From a virus, in the IMG/VR virus record IMGVR_UViG_3300033545_000001, positions 1-64,000 of that record: a stretch of DNA of 64,000 nucleotides; one strand, 5' to 3'. Of the stretch, positions 34,410-44,921 are shown one piece after another. The notes under the pieces are model-generated. The model worked only from the letters and a program-made list of their open reading frames with translations. It had not been told where the DNA came from and made no database searches. The position numbers were made by a program, and so were the translations under genes. The first letter of the stretch is position 1; each line of letters starts with the position of its first letter.

Positions 34410-34649
34410 ATGGCTGATTCTACGAAGGCGTCTTGCGGCAGATGCAGTTCGAAATGGACTGGGATGGGACGTTGTCACTGTGGTGGCTGCCATCAGACAT
34501 TTGCGGGACTGAAAGCTTTCGATGCCCATCAGGTTGGAGGCAGTCCGTGTGTGGATCCAGCCCTGCGGGGTATGGTAGAAGTAAGCAAACCGTGGGGCAT
34601 TATGTGGAGCTTGGGTTCCAACCCTTATGAAAGACTCAATGAAGATTAA
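34410..34649 (+). CDS. phage FDXHR-type zinc-binding protein
   Basis: C..C...W...HC..CH.TF....AFDAH. Confidence 0.65.
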   Translation: MADSTKASCGRCSSKWTGMGRCHCGGCHQTFAGLKAFDAHQVGGSPCVDPALRGMVEVSKPWGIMWSLGSNPYERLNED

Positions 34650-34924
34650 TTGGAGATGAGAAGTGAAGAAGCTTGTCTACAGACTCATCTTCATGCTGGA
34701 TTACATCCCCCGCTATGGACGTACTTACACTATGCGGCCCGGGGATGAAGGAATAAGCTTCGGCAAGCCTGTTTGGAAATTCATGGGCACTGGCCTATGG
34801 GGATACAACATGCTTGACCATTTGAATCTTCTCGACGCGGCTTTAAAGCAATTATATGGCTCCGTTGATGAAATAGACGAGGGGAAGGCGCCTTCCCCCA
34901 TTCCTAAAAAGGAGAAATAAAACA

Positions 34925-35281
34925 ATGTTCAACACTAAAGCAATCAAGGCCGATCTGGAAGCCAAGCTGGCTCAGGTCAAGAAGGATGCAGAGAAGGCCG
35001 CTCAGACTCTGAGGGACCGTGTGGCGAACCTGGAGAAGACAGCTGAGGCTCTTGTCAAGGCCGATGCTCCAGTTGTGGCAGCCGATATTACCAAGATTGC
35101 AGCCGATCTGGCAGCCGTCGTTACCCGTGTAGAGGCTCTAGAGGCCACTGCCAAGGTTAAGGGCCTCCAGGAAGCTGCAACAGCCGCTGCGAACATCACT
35201 AAGGCAGCCAGCAAGGCTAAGGCAGCCAGCAAGGTTGAGGTAGCAGCACCAGCAGCAGAGGCTGTAACCGAGAAGGCCTGA
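34925..35281 (+). CDS. Ala/Lys-rich coiled-coil protein
   Basis: Strong RBS, biased codon use, hairpin downstream. Confidence 0.7.
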   Translation: MFNTKAIKADLEAKLAQVKKDAEKAAQTLRDRVANLEKTAEALVKADAPVVAADITKIAADLAAVVTRVEALEATAKVKGLQEAATAAANITKAASKAKAASKVEVAAPAAEAVTEKA

Positions 35282-36372
35282 TATTGACAACGGAGAAGGT
35301 CCCTGGTACCCTTGAGGTACTGGGGATTTTTCCTTTTAAGGAGCATGATGACTGACAAGAGAGCCCAGAGCAACAAGGTAAGAAGTCTTGAGAGCAGAGT
35401 GAAGACCCTGGAAAAAGGAATGCAGGCTCTAGCAGAGGCGTACTGGTCTCTCTATAGGGCCTACAACGCTAATATGCTGTATTTGGAGAAACATGGCATA
35501 TTGCCGCCATCCCCGCCTCCAGCTATTCACACTCCTGCCCATAATTAAGGAGAAGATATGTGCTTAGATGAAGAAGTTGTAATACTAGATATCCCAGAAG
35601 CAGAAATGCTGAAACGTTCAGACGATCCCTGGAAGGATGAGGAGAGATCGGACGGCAATTTCGGCCACTGTGGAGCCCACATCGTACACATCTACAAGAT
35701 TCCAAAAATGATCCCTATCGGGGAACCCGATAAGGTCAACGGTATTCTGTGGCAAATGTCCAAGGAGTCTGATACAGAGTTTGAGTATGAAGTAGATGTT
35801 CTCAAGCATCACTCTACTTGTGACGAGCTTCCGTACGACGTAGAATGCGCTTTAGATGCTCACCTGTGCCACGACGGTTGGCGTGAGCTGTTGGAGTCAA
35901 CCCAGTTCATGGAACCCTTCACAGAGACTCCTGAGGGCTTCTGGAAGGTATGGGTGTGCTGGGAGAAGTCTTGGGTGGACAACTGGAGTCACTGGGGATG
36001 GGACTATAGTGCGTACCTGGACTTCACCAGGATAGACGGCAAGGAATATGAAGCCTATGTATGAGGAAGTTACAGGAAGATCAGATGATAGAACTCCCAA
36101 TGAGCAGGACATGCTACGTTCTATCTATACTGAGAACCATCAGTATCAAGTGTGGGTGCACAGAGAGATGAAAGGCAACTTCTTACATGAAGAAGACGCT
36201 AAAAAGGCAGCAGCTCACATCTGGGAACACAAGGGTTACGATACAGTAAGATTCAGGTGGGAATCTCCTGTCTCTAATATACTATTACTGGAGATCCAAT
36301 CCCCTGCTGGGGACAGATGGATGACTTCAGATACTTTCATAGTACAGATAGACGTGAAAGTCTACAACTAGC

Positions 36373-36402
36373 AAAGGACCAGCTGATATCAGCTGGTCCT
36401 TT
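36373..36402. terminator. 30-bp perfect palindrome between convergent genes
   Basis: AAAGGACCAGCTGATATCAGCTGGTCCTTT. Confidence 0.65.
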
Positions 36403-36655
36403 TACATCTTCATGGGGTTCCATCGGGATTAGCCCAAGAGAGACTGCTCAAGACAGTTGATTTATAAGACACTATGGCCTTCTTCGTCATCATCTGCCCT
36501 GTCCATAAACGAGCAAGTTCCCTACCCAGGGCATTAATCTCTTCCTGGGTAGGGTCCTGCTCTGCAAAACTGTCCACTGAAAGCTGCATCACCATATAAA
36601 TGGAAGGCAGCTCTTTTGCTACATCTAACTCAGAAGTTTCCATATTCACTACTAA

Positions 36656-37576
36656 CTAAAAATTACCGTACCCGACTTGTAGAGTACGAATGTTCATTTC
36701 TCTCCACAGTCTTACAATCTGATCACGATCATCCAAAGCGAACAGTACATTGTACTTACCGCGAATATGCTCATTGAATAGATCGTACTTTATGTTGAAG
36801 TCTGGCCTTTCACCATCTTCGTCTGCCCTCATGAGCAAGGTGCTGTCCATCTCGTCCAAGAAGAAGGCTTTTGCGAGCCACTTCTCAGTCTTGGCCTTGA
36901 CAGAAGGAGTTCCTTTACGCCCTGACAGGAAGAACACCTTGATAGGCGCGCCTCCTGCATCACGATAGGCTAGATCCAAAGCCCAGACTATCGAAGATAC
37001 AGTGTTGTCTACAAGATCCGTGTCGCATTTTTCGGCATCATAGGGATCTCTGCCATTGTGAATAGCCAAAGTACCGTCCAGGTCCACAATAATGGCATCA
37101 GGAAGGCCTCTAATCTTGCTAACCTTCTCCACCTGAGGCCATACGTTCATGTAAGCCTCTGACAGCTTCCATTTACCTATACTCTTTGCCATACTCCTGA
37201 TGACAGTTTCCCCAACGGGATTGTCTCGGAGAGCGTCTTGCTCAATGCACTTCTCGACGTTAACGTCAAGCAGACTGATCACCTTGAAGGAAGCTCTGCC
37301 GCCAATTCTGCGCCTGAGCAGTCCAGGGATCTTAGCATGCAAGTGTGTATTGTCTACGACAACATCCTGACCCTCCTCTACCGCAGCTTCTACAGCAGAC
37401 AGCATCGCCTCGATAGCGACCTTCTCCTTCTGCTTCGACCAAGATGCTTGACTTGTCCAGCCCATCATCTTGCGAGTGTCGTCAAGATTCACTCGCAGTG
37501 CGTTAATCTTCTTAGCCACAGTACTCTTTCCAGACCCAGGCAAACCGCAAAGCATAGTGATTTCAGGCTTAGCCAT
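36656..37576 (-). CDS. pseT: polynucleotide 5'-kinase/3'-phosphatase (T4 PseT-like)
   Basis: GLPGSGKST P-loop, DNTH, HAD motif DLDGTLA, DDRDQ, LQV..GNF. Confidence 0.93.
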   Translation of the reverse strand: MAKPEITMLCGLPGSGKSTVAKKINALRVNLDDTRKMMGWTSQASWSKQKEKVAIEAMLSAVEAAVEEGQDVVVDNTHLHAKIPGLLRRRIGGRASFKVISLLDVNVEKCIEQDALRDNPVGETVIRSMAKSIGKWKLSEAYMNVWPQVEKVSKIRGLPDAIIVDLDGTLAIHNGRDPYDAEKCDTDLVDNTVSSIVWALDLAYRDAGGAPIKVFFLSGRKGTPSVKAKTEKWLAKAFFLDEMDSTLLMRADEDGERPDFNIKYDLFNEHIRGKYNVLFALDDRDQIVRLWREMNIRTLQVGYGNF

Positions 37577-37712
37577 TGTTTAAGTTCCTCTCTGCTACAG
37601 CTAGACACATATTTATAAAATCTATTAAAGAAGGCATAAAGAAAGGCCTGCCATCACTGTCACCACTGGTTTCTTGTTCATGGTTTCAGTATAGCAGGCC
37701 TTCTCTGATCGG

Positions 37713-38942
37713 TCAACTGTCAGCTGCGAATGGCTTGGTAGCTGCTGGCTTGAACAACTTCCAAGCCAGCTCTTCCAATTTCTTGTTATTCTGGTCTAGA
37801 AGGAAGAATAGTCCAGGCCTTACCAGGTTATATTTACTGGCTACTAGAAGAGCAAACTCCTTGCGATATTCCCCTGCCACAGGCAGATGGTCTCTATTGA
37901 AGTCAAGCTCTTTCAAAATATTGTCGAATGTTTCATTAACATGATCAATGTAGTCGTAAACATCTTTGATAAGACTGTTATTTACACTTATTACCCAGTC
38001 ACGAAATTCATCTGGGACATTCTCAAGGTATCCATAGAGGTCCAATCCTTGAGATACAACTTCCCAGATTGTTCGTTCTGTGCACCCTGTGAGTACTTTG
38101 TGCAACCGGAGGTAGTCCCCCAGCTTAATCTTACAGCGAGTACCGCTGCTGAAACGGATAACATAACCTTCTGCTTCAATACCAGAAGTGGTTTCGTCAT
38201 AATCTGATCCTTCACCAAATAAAATGTTTACATCGGCCATGGTTTGAAGATCGTCTAGACTAACACCTTGAGGCTCGAATTCAGGAACACTGCTGCCTAT
38301 AGGGTTCCAATCATTCTTGACGACTTGATTCAAGACCTCCTCCCCTGTAAGATTCCAGTAAGAAGTTATAAGAACCAAATCTTCACGGCTACCATAGTCT
38401 ACCACAATGCGATTGTCTGGATAGATTATCTCACATACATAAGTGTAGTCTACCAGCAAGGGATTGAACCAGCACCACACACAATCCGGGGCATTACCTT
38501 CCCCAGGATGTATGCAGCAGCCAGTAATTATTTTGTCCCTGAGGTATTTAGTAGCCCAAACAGCTTGATCGGAATGGAAAGAACCCTTAGTGGCGACATG
38601 CCACTCCCCAGCGTAGAAAAAGACAGTGGCCATAGAGCCGTCCATCTTAGAGAAGATCTGAAAATCTTCAGTCAGAGGAAGTCCTTGAGCGTAAGACTTG
38701 CCGTTAACATACTCTGAGTAGTTGAAGAACTTAGGCATACAGAACGCAACAATCTCTCCTGAGCTGTCAACCACAAGCCCCCTGCATTTACGAGTAGCAT
38801 CATTCCACACTGCGTCGAACTGAGCCAGCTCCGCATAAGTATACAAAGTCAAGGGCAGCTCACTATGCTTGACTACTCGAACCCAACCAGCTTCGATGGA
38901 AGCCTCAAGCTCTGCTACATCTAGGTACTCATCCAGCTGCAT
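37713..38942 (-). CDS. rnlA: RNA ligase (T4 Rnl1-like)
   Basis: CRGLV, PKFFN, KMDGS (motif I), EGYVI, KIK; adjacent to PNK. Confidence 0.9.
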   Translation of the reverse strand: MQLDEYLDVAELEASIEAGWVRVVKHSELPLTLYTYAELAQFDAVWNDATRKCRGLVVDSSGEIVAFCMPKFFNYSEYVNGKSYAQGLPLTEDFQIFSKMDGSMATVFFYAGEWHVATKGSFHSDQAVWATKYLRDKIITGCCIHPGEGNAPDCVWCWFNPLLVDYTYVCEIIYPDNRIVVDYGSREDLVLITSYWNLTGEEVLNQVVKNDWNPIGSSVPEFEPQGVSLDDLQTMADVNILFGEGSDYDETTSGIEAEGYVIRFSSGTRCKIKLGDYLRLHKVLTGCTERTIWEVVSQGLDLYGYLENVPDEFRDWVISVNNSLIKDVYDYIDHVNETFDNILKELDFNRDHLPVAGEYRKEFALLVASKYNLVRPGLFFLLDQNNKKLEELAWKLFKPAATKPFAADS

Positions 38943-38998
38943 GGTGACAGTCCTCTCACTTGATCTTAAGACTAACATCTGTTAGGGTTTTTCTTGTA

Positions 38999-39212
38999 TG
39001 GTACAGGAAATGAAATGCGCCCCCTACCCCCGCTACCCAGGTCAGGGGCATAACCCCTGCTGGACGATAGGTAGGAAGCCATTCGAAATTCCTTGTCCAC
39101 ATGGACTTCGAGGTGTTCCGACGATGCCCGCCCCCTGAGGCCATGACATCAATCTTTCGCTCTTATGGAGCCTGGCTATGCGGTCCAGATACAGAGTGCT
39201 CAGGTTAAGCCG
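38999..39212 (-). ncRNA. candidate novel structured RNA, copy B (leader of the RNA ligase-PNK operon)
   Basis: Homologous to 17675-17840; lies just downstream of a TTGACA-N17-TAGAGT promoter. Confidence 0.6.
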
Positions 39213-39230
39213 AGCAGACGTACGTGAGTA

Positions 39231-39259
39231 ACTCTACCGTACTTGGAGCTGATTGTCAA
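39231..39259 (-). promoter_or_regulatory. sigma70-type promoter
   Basis: TTGACA-atcagctccaagtacgg-TAGAGT on the minus strand. Confidence 0.7.
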
Positions 39260-39896
39260 GTAGGCTCTGAGAGCCATTTTAAGGACTTCGTGGCCACGCC
39301 TGGCTGTACCTGTCGGCTACCTTGCCAAAACGGCTGGAGAAGGCCTTCTGTGCCTCTTCTAGGCTCTTACAGGACCATAGCGTCCTGAGTCCTACGAAGG
39401 TCGATTCTAGGAAGGCATCCGCTATCATGAGTATCATAATCAGCACGACGAAGGTGATGACGAAGGCAGCAGCTCCAGCTACAATAGCTAGTGCGGAGGC
39501 TGCTACTGCTCCTAAAGATAAGTATTTTATAGTGCGAGATAGTAAATAGATCATAGTTCCTCCTTTCTATGACTCAAACCTACCACGAGAGTTGACAGAT
39601 GTCAAGCGACAACAAGAGCAATGAGCAGCTTTCTGAGCGTCCTACCTGTGCAGGGTGTTCACAGTCCATTTGGAGTGGCATGTATTATATAGTTACTGTG
39701 GGCTTCATTGATGATATTATCTCTGCTGATGAGGAAGAATTGGACCATTACCATCTTCATTGCTTGGATCCTTACATTGTCCTATTCGGCCAGCTGCCTG
39801 GGGAGACTATTGCCATTACTTTGCACGGGGATTGACATTTCTTTATTGAATATGGTATGATGTCTATACCAACCCTTCTAGGAAATAGGTATTAGG

Positions 39897-40454
39897 TTGA
39901 GCTTTACAGATTCTGAAATAGATGCTATACTGGCCCAATACGAGCCATGGGCACGTTGGAAGGCTAGGCAGTTTCCTAAGTTTCCCGCAGAAGACCTGGT
40001 TCAAGAAGCTCTTATAGCTATGTGGAAAGAGCTTAAGAAATATGATCCTGATAAGGGCATACCTGTGGATTACATCATGAAGAGAAGATGCTCTTGGCGA
40101 ATGATGGATATAGTAGCAGGCAAGCCTTGGACCTCTTCTGATCCTTACTACAGGCACACTGGACTGAAATTCACTGCTACTCCTATGGAAGAGATGTCTA
40201 GCCAGATTAGAGATCCTTCAGCAGAGCAGGCTTTTGATTCAGCAGAGTTTTCTGCACATGCTGGAGAAATAGCTGATGCTCTTAATGGACTGACATCTAG
40301 ACAGAGAGAATATGCCGTAGTAAGATTAATGTATGGATTTAAACAGTCAGAAATTATAGAACATTTTGGTTACGAGGCTCACGGTCTTCTGACAAAGAAG
40401 CATAAGGACCAACTTCGTGAGTCTTTATCTCATTTAGAGAGTTTGGTGAAGTAG
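39897..40454 (+). CDS. phage sigma-70-family (ECF-like) sigma factor
   Basis: Region 2 AEDLVQEALIAMWKELKKYDPDKG; region 4 LTSRQRE....GFKQSEI. Confidence 0.85.
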   Translation: MSFTDSEIDAILAQYEPWARWKARQFPKFPAEDLVQEALIAMWKELKKYDPDKGIPVDYIMKRRCSWRMMDIVAGKPWTSSDPYYRHTGLKFTATPMEEMSSQIRDPSAEQAFDSAEFSAHAGEIADALNGLTSRQREYAVVRLMYGFKQSEIIEHFGYEAHGLLTKKHKDQLRESLSHLESLVK

Positions 40455-40821
40455 ATGCCTCAAGGTGGTGGCAAGGTAAGGGTAAAGCCTCCTGCATTCA
40501 AGAGAGATTCCATTGATCTTGGACGTCATGGACGTACATGGCAGACTCTTGAAGCTTATGATTTAGAAGTGGGGGATATTATCCAAGGAAAAGGGCTTGT
40601 AGAGTCTATCGAGTCGTCCGATCTGGGGACCGCCATAGGTCTGGTGCATATCAAGCTCATTATGGGAGATGTGCTTCACTACAGCCCAGAGGACAAGGTA
40701 GAAGCCTTCTCTAAGAAGCAGATCTTGACAGACGACAGCAAGTAGTGTAGTATAGCCCCATGGTCACATTTAACGGATCGTCACTAAATTTTAATTAAAG
40801 GTTGAAAAGGAGGTAGCGTGT

Positions 40822-41811
40822 ATGTGGAGTCAGTTAACAGAAGCTGAGAAGTTGGATACTGCTAGAGAAGTTATCACAGCACTACGGGCAGCTGGCGAGA
40901 AGATCACTGGCCGAAATGTAGCAGAGCGTGTAGGGGCAGCTGAGAGAACAGGCCGTTCTTATCTCCAGAAGATTAAAGAGTGTTCAGGTGTTGAGGATTC
41001 TTTAGTTGGAACTCGCGATTTTCATAAACTTGAACATGTTAATTCAGAACCATCTGATCCTCAAGTTGCTTTTATTCTTCCTGACTGGCAAGTTGGCATG
41101 CATGATGCTGAGATCATTGAGAAGTCTTTGGCTCTTGCTGAGTATTTGCAGCCAGACAAGATTGTACATGTAGGCGATGAGAGTGATTGTACGGCTATCG
41201 GCCGTTGGGCTAAGGGCACCAAAGATGAGTGGGAGAGCAATCTGCAAGCTGAGATTGATACTACTCATGATTATTTAAGCCAGTTCCGTGATGTTTGTCC
41301 TCAGGCAACTTTCGATATCTGCTTCTCTAATCATATGCAGAGATTTGCAAATAGCATTGATACTCGTATTCCAGGCTTTAGAACATTAAGAGCCTTGACT
41401 ATTGAGTCTCTTTACGGCCTTCCTGAATTAGGGATCGAGATGCGCTACCAGCCGTTTGATCTTTTTCCTGATGTTATTGCAGCTCACGGGCATCAGTATG
41501 GCTTAACTTCTGCCGGACAGTATCAGAAGGGTTCTCAAGTTGTTAAGACTGCTGGCAAGAGCTTAATTGCTGGACATACTCACAGGCCAATTCTGGCTTC
41601 AGTAGCCCGAGGTTACAATGCTGACATGAGCACTGACTTTTACTTAAATGTAGGGTGCGCTATGGACTTTGACTCAGCAACATATATTTCCAGTCGACAG
41701 CCCGAGTGGGGCTTTGGCCTAGGCATTATTAGGCATGAGAATGGCATCAGTTATCCTGAGTTACTTATCGCTAGAGGAAGAAACTTTTATTACGACGGTC
41801 TTAAGTTCTAA
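40822..41811 (+). CDS. calcineurin-like metallophosphoesterase with N-terminal HTH
   Basis: PDWQ, GDESD, SNH, AHGH, GHTHR motifs; N-terminal GRNVAERVG....RSYL. Confidence 0.8.
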   Translation: MWSQLTEAEKLDTAREVITALRAAGEKITGRNVAERVGAAERTGRSYLQKIKECSGVEDSLVGTRDFHKLEHVNSEPSDPQVAFILPDWQVGMHDAEIIEKSLALAEYLQPDKIVHVGDESDCTAIGRWAKGTKDEWESNLQAEIDTTHDYLSQFRDVCPQATFDICFSNHMQRFANSIDTRIPGFRTLRALTIESLYGLPELGIEMRYQPFDLFPDVIAAHGHQYGLTSAGQYQKGSQVVKTAGKSLIAGHTHRPILASVARGYNADMSTDFYLNVGCAMDFDSATYISSRQPEWGFGLGIIRHENGISYPELLIARGRNFYYDGLKF

Positions 41812-41822
41812 GAGAGGTAACA

Positions 41823-43262
41823 GTGGCTTCTGCGGCCGAAAATGCTCGCACACTTTTTGCAGCTATCGTTCCCAATAGGCGAGATTTACTTGAAAAGGCT
41901 ATTGCTGATCTAAGTCCAGAGCATTTCCATGATGAGACATGGCGAAACATGTTCATTGTCTTTCAATGGTATTACCAAATTGCTGGGGATGTACTTACTA
42001 AGAAGGCTCTTTCTGATGCTCTTGCTAAACTTCCCAGTAGTGATACTGGGAAGGTTCGTACTTATGAGGCTATTTATGATGGGTTAGAAGCACAGAGTGC
42101 TTCTGAAGCTGACTTTAGATGGTCTCTTGAGCAGATTAAGGATAAGTACGCTCATAATGCTACCCGAGATGAAATTCTTGAAGCCATGCAGGTATTACAA
42201 CATGGTATTCAAGATTCCAAAGGTGCGGAAATTAAGGGCCATGCTGCTGCACGAGAACGTCTTATGGCCAAGTTCGGACAGATTGATCTTCGTCTTAATG
42301 TTCAAGAGGCTCCTGATGGAGATGCTAGGGATGAAGAAGATGACATTCTTAAAGATTATGCTGATAAGAAGGCAATTCATCTATCTGGAACCAGTCCAGG
42401 TATTCAAATTGGCGTTCCTGCGCTAGATAAATACGTTGGAGGATTTCAACCTGGAGAACTTGACTTCGTACTAGGATATTCCAGTTCTGGCAAGACGAGT
42501 ATGTGTGTTCAAATTGCATGGTGGGCCTCTATTATGCAGAATATGAACGTAGTTTACGTTACAACTGAAACTCTTAGGCCTCAAGTACGTAGAAAAGTAA
42601 TTTCTAGACATTCAAAACTGCCTAAATTCGATATTACTGACGGTTTGAACTCTATAGATCTTAAGAGAGGCACTCTTTCTTCCTTGGAAGAGGATAAACT
42701 AAAGTTAGTAGTTAATGATTTCGCCAATAATCCAGAATATGGCGGATTTAGAATCATGCAGGCTTCTGAAGGAATGTCTATATCCAGTCTTAAGGTTAGA
42801 TTGCAGGCATTGCAGACTATAAAGCCTATTAATCTTGTTATTGTTGACGCTCTGTACATTTTAAAGTCCAATGAGCGAAGGCCTAATTCTAGAGATGAGC
42901 TTAATGAGACTATTCAGTCAGCTAAGAATCTAGCAACAACGTTTAATAATGGTAATGGTGTACCTATCATAACTCCGTGGCAGACTAGTCGAGAGCATAA
43001 GGAGCGTGCTGACAGAGATAAGCGTTACTCCATGGCAGCCATGGCAGAAACTGCTTATGCAGAACGCTTTGCCGATGTGGTTATCAGCCTGCTGGAACCT
43101 TCTCAGACTTCTAGGCACACAACTTTGTCAGCAGCTGTCATTAAGAATAGAGATGGAGAGCAATCTCCTAACATAGATATTGATGTTGACTATGCCACCA
43201 GTCATTTTACAGATTCTGGAAGAGTTGCCAATATGAGTACATCCAATCTGTTAGGCTTCTAA
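41823..43262 (+). CDS. dnaB: DnaB-like replicative helicase
   Basis: GFQPGEL...GYSSSGKT, LVIVDAL, WQTSR, KNRDGE. Confidence 0.9.
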   Translation: MASAAENARTLFAAIVPNRRDLLEKAIADLSPEHFHDETWRNMFIVFQWYYQIAGDVLTKKALSDALAKLPSSDTGKVRTYEAIYDGLEAQSASEADFRWSLEQIKDKYAHNATRDEILEAMQVLQHGIQDSKGAEIKGHAAARERLMAKFGQIDLRLNVQEAPDGDARDEEDDILKDYADKKAIHLSGTSPGIQIGVPALDKYVGGFQPGELDFVLGYSSSGKTSMCVQIAWWASIMQNMNVVYVTTETLRPQVRRKVISRHSKLPKFDITDGLNSIDLKRGTLSSLEEDKLKLVVNDFANNPEYGGFRIMQASEGMSISSLKVRLQALQTIKPINLVIVDALYILKSNERRPNSRDELNETIQSAKNLATTFNNGNGVPIITPWQTSREHKERADRDKRYSMAAMAETAYAERFADVVISLLEPSQTSRHTTLSAAVIKNRDGEQSPNIDIDVDYATSHFTDSGRVANMSTSNLLGF

Positions 43263-43307
43263 GTCGATTGTCCCCTAAGAATCATTTATTTTCTTAGGGG
43301 ACTTTTT

Positions 43308-44396
43308 ATGTCTGAAAATACTAAGGCCGACCTTGAGGAAGTCCTAAGACTTGCCGCAGATGGGGCAGTAGCAGTTCAATCTTACCAGAAAACATCCACT
43401 TCTGGTAAATCTTTCCAAGTTAGTGCTGCCACGCGTGGTGCCCCTGGCCCAAAGAATGGTATTACCAATCCTGGTGGAGGCATTCGCTCTAGTCTGTCTA
43501 CTGGACGTTTGGCTAATGAGTCAGGCCATGAAGTAGGCGAAGCCATGGGGTCTCGTAATACTGTCACTGTTGGGTCTTCTGGCATTGGACGTTCTCCTTT
43601 GTCTCCATACGCTGCTGCTGGCGTTGCGACTCCTCCACATACTGCTGGAGCACTTGCAGCCGCCGCCAATGCTGCTACTGCTGGAGCGTCATTACAGGCT
43701 ACTGCTGTGGCCAATCAGGCAGCTTCTGCCGCTTCTGCCGCTTCTCGCGCAGCTACTGCAAGTTCAGCATCCAAGCCTTACAATTTTGTGAATTATCCCA
43801 GTACTGCAAAAACAGCTAAGACTCCGTACAATTTTACTACTTATCCTAAGTCTTCAAGTAGTGGAAGTTCCTCATCGTCATCTTCTGGAAGCTCTAAGTT
43901 AGCCAGCGCTTTGAGTATTGCTACTATAGGCATGAGAGCTGCTCGTCTCGGCCATTCAGGACTTGCTGGAGGGCATGGAGGTAACGGAGTGGGGAACGCT
44001 TTGAGCAGCATGGCTCAGAAGGCTCACGACACAGCGTCTAGAGATGCCAGTCAGACAGCCTCAGAGCATGCTAGCGAGACAGCATCACGCGATGCCCATG
44101 AAACAGCCTCTAGAGACGCTTCTAGGACCGCTTCAGAGCATGCCAGTGAGACGGCTGGGAGAGATGCTAGAAGGACTGCATCAGAACATGCCAGAGAAAC
44201 AGCTTCTAAGGATGCCAGAGAGACCGCTGAAAGAGATTCTCACAAAGCTGAAAGCGAAGTGACTAGTCTGACTATATCTCAGATTATTGACTTGCAGATT
44301 ATGCTAAGTCGTAAGGGATATCCTGTTAAAGTAGACGGCCGTCTTTCAAAAGAATTTATTGTTGTGGTGGATGCTTATCTGAAGGCAGCAAAATGA
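43308..44396 (+). CDS. low-complexity Ser/Ala/Gly protein with 8-aa repeats and a possible PG-binding tail
   Basis: TASRDA/TASEHA repeats; C-terminal LQIMLSRKGYPVKVDG. Confidence 0.6.
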   Translation: MSENTKADLEEVLRLAADGAVAVQSYQKTSTSGKSFQVSAATRGAPGPKNGITNPGGGIRSSLSTGRLANESGHEVGEAMGSRNTVTVGSSGIGRSPLSPYAAAGVATPPHTAGALAAAANAATAGASLQATAVANQAASAASAASRAATASSASKPYNFVNYPSTAKTAKTPYNFTTYPKSSSSGSSSSSSSGSSKLASALSIATIGMRAARLGHSGLAGGHGGNGVGNALSSMAQKAHDTASRDASQTASEHASETASRDAHETASRDASRTASEHASETAGRDARRTASEHARETASKDARETAERDSHKAESEVTSLTISQIIDLQIMLSRKGYPVKVDGRLSKEFIVVVDAYLKAAK

Positions 44397-44698
44397 GTAT
44401 ATACACAGGCATGACCATAGCAGTTACAGTGGGAGCCTTTGATCAGGTAACTAAATTTCCTGTGTCAACTCCTGCTTGTACAGTTAATTTTTATGCTCCT
44501 CCAAAGAACCCAAGGCTGAATCCTACAGATCGAGTAGCCGATTATACGACTACTGGCACTTTCGATCCCAATCAGAATGTGTATGTAGCTACTATAAACA
44601 CAACTGGTTGGGTTGGAGGCACCTGGTACTACCAAGGCTTGTTGGACGATGGCGTTAATCAATCTTGGGAATATGGAACTTTCAATCTAGTTTCTTAG
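44393..44698 (+). CDS. hypothetical beta-sandwich-like protein
   Basis: Start overlaps the upstream stop; GTWYY motif. Confidence 0.6.
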   Translation: MSIYTGMTIAVTVGAFDQVTKFPVSTPACTVNFYAPPKNPRLNPTDRVADYTTTGTFDPNQNVYVATINTTGWVGGTWYYQGLLDDGVNQSWEYGTFNLVS

Positions 44699-44921
44699 GA
44701 CGTGTCATGGGACAGCAAGTTAGTTACATTGCGTTAACAGTTAGGCCATACTTCGTGATCGAACTAGCCATAGTTGCGCTCACGTGAGAAGTCTGGTAGT
44801 ATAACCCCTACGTGTCCTACCCGCCAGTCAACAGGGACTGGCACGCTAATTGAGGAACAGCATCTCCAGTAGCACAACCACACTGTAGCGTATGTAGGCC
44901 CGCCGCTAAGGTAATCAACAT

